Origin: Prorocentrum cordatum | Lineage: Eukaryota | DNA length: 64,000 bases | Direction: 5' to 3' | NCBI GenBank assembly: GCA_963575745.1 | Contig: CAUYUJ010000001.1 | Location: forward strand, 1,116,001 to 1,180,000 | Part shown: positions 27,001 through 38,273 of the stretch, one piece after another | Position numbering within the stretch: the first letter of the stretch is position 1 | Layout of the letters: each line of letters opens with the position of its first letter | Program-made: the position numbers and the translations under genes | Notes under the pieces: model-generated | What the model saw: the letters and a program-made list of their open reading frames with translations, nothing else | Database searches by the model: none | Told to the model about the DNA's origin: nothing

Positions 27001-30000
27001 CATCCTGGACGCAAAGTAGGTGTGCAGTAGCGGTGATACTCTCTTGTCTTTCTCTCTTGTGGTTTTGCGTTCCCCTCTCCCCTGTTGTTGCCACCGTGCG
27101 ATCATCCATTGCTGTTTGGGGCCGTTGAGTCTCGTGGCGCAATGCGTACAGATACCTTGCATGACTGCACATCGTGTTGCACAATATTGTTTCCAAGGTT
27201 GGCACTGGAGCGTGGGTTGACAAATCCACGGCATGTCTCGCAGTGAATCCCTTGGAGCGCGCGATGGCTTGCCAGAAGAGATTCGTCAGCTGATCGTTGC
27301 TGCCGCGGTTGCGGCGGTGGCGGGAGCAAGGAGACGAAGTGCCAAGCTCGGCGCCCGATCCCGAGGAGACGTACACAGGTTGGTGGGTCTGGCAGCACGG
27401 CTGGCAGGAAAAGCGAGACGAGGAATGGACTTTGGTAGAATCCTTCGGGCCGCCCACGCGCTAGGCTTGCCACCAACGCCCATACACCCACAGCCGATTC
27501 GTCGACAAGGAGCCACCCACGGCTTGGGACAGGCACCACCTCGAGCACACTTAGAGAACTCACCGCCGCATTTTGACCCGGTGTCTTCAGAACGCGGGCA
27601 GCCCAGTTTTGTGCGGCGACCATCGTGCGATGTTCAATCACGTGACAGACGCCCAGATTGAGGATCCAGAGGCCCGAACAATATCCAGAGTCTTCTGGAG
27701 CAGGACCACAGGCAAATTTCGGATTTCGGGGGCCAGGGCGATTCTTAACACAGCTGTGTGCGGCCTTCACCGAGAGCGCAAACAGAGCCTGGTGCAGTTC
27801 GCCAACGTCGCCTGGTCTGCCTCCCCGAAGCAGATTCCCACGCCAACCTGTTCGCAGACCGTCGGAAGGGCATGATATCTTGCAAACGTGCGAAGATCCT
27901 GGGGCAAAGACAACATTATGTCCCAAACCGTAGGTTTTCGGGGCTGCACAGACCCAGCGGATGCGATCCGGGAGTTTTCCTGCAGGCCTACGGCTTCGCC
28001 GTCGACGACAGCGCGAGTCCGAGCACGAGGACGACGACGCCAACCTTGATGAAGTACGACAGCGAAGATGACGAGCTCATGTCTATGGACAAGAGCGGGT
28101 TGAATGGCGAATGCGACAAGGATGACGTCTTGCGTGCGCTCTCTTAGTTTCGCCAGGTTCGCCACGCCCTCCCGAGGGGTAAGCCGCAGAGCAACCAGCA
28201 GCTCCGCCAGAATCTGCAGCAGAGCCAGATCGCCCGCGGGCGGTCGAGCGGCTCTGGCGGCAGCTCGCAGGGCGGGCCGCGACAGGCTCTTGGGAGAGAG
28301 CTCAAGGGCCGCAGCAAGGGCATGGATGCACACCCGCCGCCGAGCCCGCACTGGGCCCCGCGAGCTGCAGGGCGGCCGACGGAAACCAGCCACTGCTCTC
28401 GAGACTCGCACTCGACGCGTCGGGCGCCAGCTCTTCCGGCGAGCGAACAGGCCTCAACAGAAGGAGGCGACAGGGGCAGCGCTTGTCTCATCTTCTGAAC
28501 CAGATTCGCTCTTCTGCGGCACGGTTGCTTACCCGTCATCGGACGGCCGCGCGGAGGACCGCGGCGCCGAGCTCGGCGCGCGGTCTTCGGAGGAGGAGGA
28601 CCTCGCAGCGAGGTCGGCGAGGAGGGCGACCGGGACAGCGAGTAGAGCGACGACGGCTTCGAGCTGGCGTGCGATTTTTGCCGCCGCGCGAGAGGCCACG
28701 GGCATTGGGCCCTGGATCGCTGGACGACGACGACGACGACAATCGGGATTGGCTCCCAACGCAAGCCGCTGGGTCGTCGAGATCTCCCGCGCGGTTTTCC
28801 AGAGAACGGCCCAGCCCGCCGCGGCAGACGACATCTGGGGCGATATCCTGCGCGCGAAGGGCCGGGGCGAGTCGGAAGCAGACCTCCAGAAATTTGAGTT
28901 TCTGCGAGACCAGCACCGGACCTTGTCGACCGGAAGCGGTGGCGAACATCCGTTCGAAGGCTGAGATACCCAGATGAGCGGCAACATCCCAGCGTGCACG
29001 AAAGTCGGGGCTGCCTACCTGCGACGGCGCAAGCGGAATCGCGTCGAAGGAAGGACGTCTTCAGGGAGAGCAAGCCGAGCCGCCGACAGGCCTGACGTGG
29101 GGCGCCAGCGGGACGAGAATCGTGGCGCGGAGCTGCAGGGGGACAACAATTTGCCGACAGACGGCCTGAAGGGCCACGTCGAAGAGAACCTCGTCGATTT
29201 AAAGGTTGCGCCAGGGAAAGCGGGCTCAAGTCAAACAAGCAACCCAGCATCTATAACAGCAGCTCCGTCACCCGCCATATGCCAGCGCGCCCTGGCGTCG
29301 CCCAGACAGTGCCTGGTGTTCGGGACATTCCAGACATCCACAGCTCCAGCGACTTGGACACGTGGCAGAAATTGGCGCATTACGCCATCATCTACACCAC
29401 CATCTTCATGCATCACTGCTCCTCCCATTTCCCCCTCTGGTTTCGTCGCGCCTTACGATTGTGCTTGGCCGCGCGAGATTTTTGGGGGGCATGGCGTTCC
29501 TTGACCGGCAAGCTACGAGTCCAGTTCCTGGTCATGGCCTACTTGCTGAACACTTCCTGTGCATTGTATTCCCGCTTGATTGCACGCGCATGGCCCGCCT
29601 GCGTCGGATTTTTTATGCGGCGACTTGGTTGCCGAATTCCACATATGGAGCAGCAGCAGCAGCAGCAGCAGTAGCACTAACAGTGGTCACTGTTGCAGTG
29701 GTCGTCAGCGTCGCTGCGCTGGCTATTCTGGGCACGACAGCGCATTCGGCCTGTTTGATTTCATGGAGCTCGTTGGGCACGGAGAGCGGCACGAGGGCGA
29801 TGAGGTCGCACTTTCGCACGACGATTGCGCGTGCCCGATGGCCAACACGACACGAGGCAGGGGGCGCGCCATCCGCGGGACCGACCTGGAGCGATGAGCT
29901 CGGCGCCTGGGTTGGCCTGCCATGGGCGGACGACGCGTCTGCCCAAGATGACCCAGCTCCAACAAACGCCGAGAAGGCTGACGACGAGCAGGCACACGTG

Positions 30001-33000
30001 CAATACGACGAGAACTTCGCGCAGCCCCTGGCGGGCGTCCAGAAACACGCCACCCCGAAGATCACAAGAACTGCGGCAATCAAATTGGCGGGAGATCTTG
30101 CGCGCTCCCCGACTGAGCCAGGCACAATGCCGCGCGCGCAGGTGACTATTTCCACGTACCTGCGCGCAGCGCTAAAGGGCGAATACCCGAGCCTCGTCAT
30201 CAGCGTCGTTGCCCCGAACCCTCCGATTCAATGAGACCCGGCGTCTACCTTATAATGCTTGGCCCAGACGGACCCATGGCGATGATTTGCAGCGCGGTGC
30301 ATTGGGGCGCTCTGCATCAGTGGCGCGTCCCAGTAGAAGACAGGACGCCCGAGTTCGTCGCCGCGCGCGCGGCGGACGCGAGGGCGCGACACGTCGGCAC
30401 GCCGCTCGTGCCCACGGCCGATCTGGGCAGAGAGTTCGTCGGCCAGGGTCCCAGACATTCCCCCTGACTGACACGCGGGCGCCTCGGCAAAATGGCCAGA
30501 CAGAGCGCCACGGAGACAATATTCAAAAAGATGGAACATGGAACAAGGCCACTTGGATGCAACCTTCCATTGGCCACGCATCATTTCGCAACTTGACCTC
30601 GGAGCGCAGCGCTGCCACAAACAGATTGAAGCACCGGTCAGGATGCTCGCCGCTGCTGCGGGCATTAGGCATTGGCCACCGTCTTCCTGCTCAGCGAGCT
30701 AACGATGACATTCACTCTCCAGATGTCATCTGCGACCTCGCAGCGTCGCACCCACGCCGGCCCCCCCCCCCCCCCCACGCACAGGATCCGGGGGGGGGCC
30801 CGCGAAGGCCCACGCCGAGGGCTCCATCGGAGGCCAGATCGAAAAAGCTGCCCGTGCAAGGCCCCGCGTTCAAACGCCTTCTTCGCGGGCACGCGATGCG
30901 GCCATGGTCTGGAAAACGCACCCTCCCTCCAAGCGCGGGACATGGATCGTTCCAGGAGTGCGCATCGGCAGTCACAGAGGCTGCCTGTCGGTCGACTTGC
31001 GTGGGGCGCTGTGGACGTGTAGCCAGCTCCAGTGAATGTCGGCCACTACGGAGGAGTCTCGTGGATTCGAGATTCAACACATGCTGGTCGACTGACATGC
31101 GCAGGGGCCTCCAGCGGTCCCCAGGCCATAGGACATTCGACGGTCTAGAACGCGACGGAGACCCACCTCCAGACGCGAACGCGCCGAGCGCCTGCCGCGG
31201 ACATGCAAGTCAAAGGTGATGACGAGCACACGCCGCCACAGGAGCCGTCACCTCCAGCACCGCCGACGGAATTTCGGCCAAGGCCGGGACCAGAGATCAG
31301 CGGGGCCGATATCAACAGCACCCGGGACGCTCTCCAAATTGGTGCTGCTGCCCGCTCACGGGCGCATGCTGCTTCCAATCTGCCAGAGCCAGAATCCGAT
31401 GGAAGTGACCACGCATCTGCTGACAGGCAGCCCACGCCGACCGCCCGGACGATCATGACTGCTGCCCACGCCCCTCCACATCCAGGGGGCGAGCCGCCAG
31501 ATCAACGACCGCGGCTCGATCTCTCCGCCCCTGAAACAGTCGACCGGCTGGACGGCCACCCTTTGGGCAGTATGGGTTGGCAGCCGAGGGAAGGTGGAGA
31601 TTGGCAACAGCTGTTTATTTGTTCCTGCCCACTTGTAGGAGAGACGACTACAAGCACAGCGCCGTGTACGTTTAATACGCTGCCTACATCATCTTACAAG
31701 TACCATCCGCGAAACGAGAACTGCGAGCACGATGACGACGTTGACGACGACGACGACGACGAGAATGGTGGAGGAGGTCAGATAAGGGGGCAGCATGGTA
31801 AGTGACGGGTGCACCTGTATTGCTCTACGAGGAGGGCGTTACAGAGTTGGCTATTCGCCGACGCTACAAGCAAAAGATTGCGCAGTGCGTTGTTTGAGGA
31901 AGACAAAGCAAAAGGATTGACAGCCGCCGAGGTGCAGCACAGAATCGGCATTCCGCGAACACCAGATCCTCAGTGACCGCGCTTCCACGAGGCTATCGCT
32001 AAGGAGCGGAAGCCTATCTCTCGGACGGGCGTTGCGACCACATCATGTCCACGAGCTGCTAAGAACATCCACGAGCACCATCGGCACCGCATACTTCCAT
32101 CTCGATGCGCGTAGTCAGACAAGCCAAGTGAAAGACGGGGGGGCTGACCCAGAGTTGCAAACTACTGTTGGTGCGCTCGCGCTGGGAAACTGAGGCCCCC
32201 ACATCACGGAGCTAGCGATAGCGAGCCCCACGCCCCAGACAAGTAGCACGCACGCGCCTTCCAGCTGTTTCTTTATAACGCGAAGTTAGGTCCAGCGGTT
32301 TGGAAACAGTTTTCACGCAGAGCGAGAGGGGCCGCGGGGACAGACCGCACGGCAAGCTACACGTGTCTCTTCTTCATGGTGGGATATCGCTCGAGGCCAG
32401 GTGTCTGATACACTGGGACACCGCAGTGCGCTTGTCAACCCACTAACCGCGTGGCAGACGACTCTCGAACGTGTTCTTGAAGACCTAGGCCACCGCAGGT
32501 CGCGCGATGATCCATGTGTGTTTCGCTTTTGACAGTTGAAAGCCTACATGTGCATCTATTCGTCGAGGCAGACGACATCACTGCGCACGGGAACACCTTC
32601 CACGACGAGAATTTGCGATGCTTACAGCAACGGTTCCAGGTGAGAACATGGAAGACCGTGAACTGCGGTGAAGGCAACGATGCTGGACGCAACACACAAC
32701 GCCACATGCACCTTGGATTATTTATCCATATATGTCAATATCCGCCAGGCGAAGGTCGTCGTAGACTACCGCATTCCCACAATACGAAAATCCAACAAGA
32801 ACGATCTGGCAACAATCCTTTAGCTATCCCTGTTGCGACCTTTGCAGGGCCAAGAGAAACGCATCCAGATGTTTCTGAGCTCTCCTTGCTTGGGATTACC
32901 AGGCGATTCAAGATTCGCGCGATGCGAAGGACGGCGAGGCCATTTTTAAGCAGGAGCCCAAGCTAGGTATCCTGATACCACAGATACCACCACACCTGTT

Positions 33001-36000
33001 GCGATGCGTCACTATCCAGCTTCGTGGGCCAACGTCGCCAGCGAGAAATACAGGGCAGCTCCCGTTGCCCTGGCGTCGTGCAAATCACATCGCCTGCCGA
33101 GCCTGGATGCCAGCACGCGTACAGCAGAGACGCAATCCATGTCGGAAGCCGAAGCAGAAGTCGAGTGGATCCAGGGTCTGTTCGAGGGACTAGGGGAGGC
33201 CTTTTTCTCGACATCGTCGTCGATTGGGCGCCCCGCGCCCGTCACTGAGGCCACCTGGTAGCCGGCCGGAGGACAGCACACCCAAACAAAGAATTCCAAC
33301 AAGTGTTGACGATATGTGATGCCAAGTCGTTGCGCGATCTCTTGCACAGCGAGAACGTTGGCTGCGCAACTGGCCGCAGAACAGCGAACGAGATTCAGAT
33401 CATACGTTCAGCTTTGGACGCTCAAAACGGAGACGCCCGATGGATTGACCATTCTGGAATGTATGCCGACGCTGGAAGGGGAATCCCCCGCTGTTGCATA
33501 GATTGACGCGTACCAGCCAAGCGTGCACGACAGAGGAGTCGGCGACGATGGGGAGGCACTGGCTAGACCCGAAGACACGCAATTGACAGAGCAAGACGCG
33601 GCCAGATTTTGCGCAGAGCAGTGGTATATAGGGTCCTGGGCACGGCGCCTGCACCCTTGCTCAAATTGCGACGCTACCATGACCAGCGCGCTGATATCTA
33701 CACCAACCCTTGCAATGCCCGCGTTCCATATTCACACGGCGCGAGGAACGTTTATCTGTATTTGCGGTGGTTTGCCAACCGTGTTGCTCAGCCTAGCGGG
33801 TATCTTCATCACGTTCAACGACGCATTTCCATGTTAGGTGTGTGAGGACGAGTGTGTGTGTGTGTGTTTGTAGATCATCGGGCTAGCAGGAGTCTTCGGC
33901 GTGCGAAGTGGCTTTGCAAATATATTGCTTTTCTTCTTAGTCTTGGTCTTGTGCTTCTCTCTCCTTTGCTGCTACCTCCATGCGAGCATCCACTGCCGGC
34001 CAGGGCCCATGAGCCCCGCGTGTACAGAAAGCATTGCGTGATTGCAGACCGTGCTGCACAACCCTGTTCCCACCTTGCGATGTCAAACGGATCCCGCGGG
34101 CCTTGGCCAGGAGGGTGTGTCATGCACCATGCCAGGGCTCAAGGCAGCCATCGCCAGGCACGGCGGTGGTGTAATCATAGACGTTTTCTGCGTGGAGCAA
34201 GCGCCACCCCCGTGGAGGCTACGCGCCACGAGAAACACCAGAGGCGGTGCCCTCTTTGGAGGCCCCCGCCCGTCCGGCCGGCCCCCTTGCGCGCCACCGA
34301 TCAGGAGCGGTCCGTCGTCCTCGCGGGCGAGTGGGCGGCAGTGCCCACCAGGCCGCTCCTGGACCGACCGGGCAGCGCGGGCAGGGTTTGCGTCGTGGCC
34401 GAATTGCCTGGCTTCGACCGCGGCGACCAGGGCGGGCAGTCGAACCAGGAGCTCCCGGACGTGGTCTGCTTCCGGCTGGGGACGGCGGATCGCGGGTCGT
34501 CGGGGGAAAAATAGATACCGATGCCGGTGCTCGCTTGGGAGAGCCCTCGGCGCCACGGCTGGATTCTCTTCGAAATTCTGGTCGGAACGCACTCTCGGAG
34601 AGGTCCAGGGAGCATGGCTTCGGTACACCCATAGACCCGACGTGGCGAAATTCATGGGACATCGCAGGAACTCACGGCGAGAGCCCCAGACCTCATCTTG
34701 CAGCTGCATCTTCGGAGCCAGATCGATGTGTGATAGCCCCATGGGGCTCGAAACCAGACGAAGACGCCCAGCGCGGAAAGATCGCAGCACCGAGCTCCCA
34801 AGTGTTGTCTGTCCCCCCGCCAGGTCGTGCCACCCGTGCCGCTGGATCGGCGTCCCTTCGGAGCCCGTCGCCACGTGCATCGCGCCCGTGGCGGCCGAGC
34901 CCGCACCCCGCCCCGCGCTGCAGGACAGGGCCTGGCGCGTGGACGTCTTCTTCCTCGCGCACACCGCGTCCCGCCCTCCCGGCGACGTCACGGTGGAGCA
35001 GTCGCGGGCGCAGCTCGCCGCTTGGTGGAGCACCGGCTTCTCCGAGTTGCCGCCCGAGCCCCCGAGCGGCGAGGCGCTGACGGCCATGCCGGACGACGAG
35101 CCCGACGACGAGCCGCCGCGAGAGGAGGCGGCGTTCGTTCCCGCGGGCTACGGGCACCGCGCCGTGCGGTGGGCGCAGGCCCGCGTCCGGGAGCGGGGTG
35201 CTGGGAGGGGCGCCTGGCAGGAGTTGGAGCAGGTTGACGAGCGAACAACACACACTCACACCCATTATTACTCGTAGGGGGGTTCGAAGGGAGAAAGATT
35301 GGCAGTGGGTATGGATGCGGGTTGTCGGACCACGTGGGAGGCTCCTGTTTTAGCGGGGACCCCCATCCGACAACATGCACCCATAGCCCCCTCCGTCCCC
35401 CCTGTGGGTATGGGTGTATGTTGTTCGTTGGTCACAGGTAGCCATCGCCGACTGCCGCGCAAGCTCCGATGCGGGGTCGAAGGCCTCCAGCCTTGGAGAC
35501 CTCCACGCTCTCCAGCTCAGCGGTGCCGACCCGACGCTGGGGGAGGGCAAGGTGCACGGGCCAGTGGCCACTGGGAGGGCCAGGGGCCCCAGGAGCGAAC
35601 GAGCAGAACCTCCCGAGGCACCAGCACGGCCGAGATGCCCGCGGAAAAGGAACAGTTACACAGTCGTACTTTGTCATTCTGGGATCGGCGCTGGGCCCCC
35701 CTGGCAGCGCCTCTGGCGCCGCCACTGGCGCGCTCCGCGCGCAGGCAGGCAGGGAGGTCCAGCGCCGATCCAAGAACTCCGCACGAAGCTCCAGAAGTTT
35801 AAGTCTGCGCATGTGTCTTCCAGGGCCACGAGTCGCCCTCTGGAGGCCTGCTTGGTCGGCTCCTGGGCCTCCCGAGGCCCTCGCACGGCGGCCCACCGAC
35901 CGCGCCCTGGCGAGGTGTACCAGGTCCAGGTGCGCATCGGCGACGGCTTCCGCTGGTCGGACTGGTCCTCCTCCTCGCGCCCCTTCCGGCACGAGGCGCC

Positions 36001-38225
36001 CCCGCCAGAGCGGCCCGGGGGACAGCTGGAGGTCGCCACCCTGTCGGCGAGCGCGGCGCGCCTGCGCTGGCCCGCCTTCGCAGTGCCAAAGGGCATCACG
36101 GAGGTCGAGTACCGGCTGCTGGCCATTCCCGTAGCCGCCGCCGTCGGTGCCCAGGGCGCCCACGCGGTGGAGACGCTGCAGACTCTGCCCGCGGGGGCCC
36201 GCGGTGAGCCGCTCGAGGCGCAGCTCCTGGGGTTGCTGCCCAGCACGGCCTACGTCCTCTCCGTCTCGGCGCGCTACCCGTGCGTAGGCTATCGCTCGTG
36301 GTGCGACCCGCTGACGTGTGGCCCGCTCGCCCTGGACGACGCGCAGGCGGATTGGCCAGCGCCCCCGCCGCCGGCGATGTTCCCAGGCGGCGGCCCCAGT
36401 CCGCTGGCACTGGCGCCGGAGGGGGTGCCCTTCTTCTGCGGCGGCGAGCGGGCCTTGCTGGTGGGCTTCCCAGACACGGCGCGGGCACCCGACGGCATCC
36501 GATACGCTCTCGAGTACAGGCACGTGGGCCTGGCGGCGGAGGAGGACCGGACGGCGCCCTCTGGCGGCGAGGGGCCCTCCTCCTGGATGAGGCCGCTGGA
36601 GGTGCTCCCGGCAGACGTCTCCGACCGCCACTGCGAGGAGGCGCTGGGCGCGGCCGTCGCGCCGTGGAAGGTGCCCCCCGCGCTCTGGCGCGTGCGCCTG
36701 CCCGGGCTGCGCCGGGGCGGCGCCGGCGGGTCAGCCGCGGAGGAGGAGGAGGCCCTCTGGCACGCCCACGCCCAGAGGGTGCAGTTCCGCCTCGCCGCCG
36801 AGGCGCGCGGCGAGTGCCCCGTCACCCGCTGGTTCTCGGGCGCCTCGGCGCCCGCCTGCGCGGCGATGGCCCCGCCGCTGGCGCCGCGGAGCGCCCTGCT
36901 GGTGGCGGAGCGCGAGCTGGGCGTCGCGGCGAGCTTCTGCCTCTGCCTGCGGCTGGCGCCTGGCCGCCTGCCCAGCGCTGGCCCGCCCACCCTCGGGGGC
37001 GCTGCCGAGGCGGGCGGGGCCCCGCCCGCCCTCGGCGGCGCGGCCGTGGCTGGGGCGGCCTGCGAGGACGCCGAGGCTCACGGCTGGCTGCCCGAGGGCT
37101 TCGGGCACGCCTTCGCCACGAGGTTCCAACTGCGCTCCAGGCACAGCCCCCGGCCGCCGGGGCCGCCGTCGGCGGACGGCAGGCGGCCGATGGGACTGCC
37201 CTGGTCCGCCTGGGCGTGCAGCCCGGACGCCCCGCTCGCGGCGGCCCAGGGGGAGGACGCCCCCGCGGAGGGCGAGCACTGGGTGCGGCACTCCTCGCGA
37301 CTGCCCCTGCCGCCAGGGGAGCTGCTCGACTACGGGTCATGGTACCAGGTGTCGGTGCGCGTCTCCGACGGGCTGGCCTGGTCCGACTGGTCCGTGTCCT
37401 CTGCGCCCGTAAAGGTCTACGTCGCGCCTCCGAAGCCGGAGCAACCGGACACTGACAAGCTTTCCGTGGAGAAGGTGGGCGGCGGCACGGTGCGCCTGCG
37501 CTGGCCGCCGCTGCGCGGCTGTGGCGGCCTGAAGGCCATCGAGTACGGCCTGTTTAAGAGCGAGGCCTTGAAGGACGGGTCGGCCATGGGTGAGCGCCGG
37601 CTCGCGGCGCTCTTCCGGGGCCACACGCCCACAGGAGGGCAGGGCGGGGCCGACGTGACCTCGCACGTGCTGACCGACCTCCGGCAGGACACCACCTACG
37701 TCTTCACCCTGGCGGCCCGGTACACCCACGTGGGCCCGCGCGAGTTCGAGGACGTCTTCAGCAGCCCCCGCACCTCGCTGCGCGCCGCCACGGCTCCGCT
37801 GCCCGTGCCCGCCCAGGTCCCGCTGCCGTTCGAGCGGATGCGGCGGCTGCAATGCGGTGCGCGCTGCGTGCTCATGCGGTGGTCGGTCGGGGCCGGGGCA
37901 GGGACACATCGTTCCAGAACGCCGCTCTGAGAGCGGTCCGGAACGCTGTGACAAGGCCGGGGCGCCCGATACATCCTCTAGAACCGCCGCCGTCCTTGAA
38001 GGCGGGACCTTCCTTAGAACTCCCGCTGGCGACTCATTCCAGGACCCCGGGGTGCGGGATTCTGACCCAGGACCCCCCCCGCACCCCGGGAAGGCAGCAT
38101 TCTGACCCGGGACCCCCCCAGGATCCCCCCCACACCCCCGGCAGGGAAGGGACAAACAGAATGGGCTTCCCTCGGACTTAATTGCAATGTCATTTCTCCT
38201 TGTTCCTCAATTTCCTTGGGGCTAT

Positions 38226-38273
<48 letters not shown>

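Larger units (their letters stand above)
27018..34072 (+). mobile_element. Heavily decayed Ty1/copia-type LTR retrotransposon inside an FN3-gene intron
   Basis: RT remnant HLFVEADDITAHGN...LQQRFQ.RTW (~32550-32700). Copia RNase H remnants ASWAN, SCKSHRL...STRTAETQSMSEA.AEVEW, CDAKSL.D, RRTANEIQIIR, RWIDHSGMYAD (~33015-33475). Diverged direct repeats ~27018-27195 and ~33897-34072 both end in CA. TGG-initiated PBS-like motif at 27200. Confidence 0.8.
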
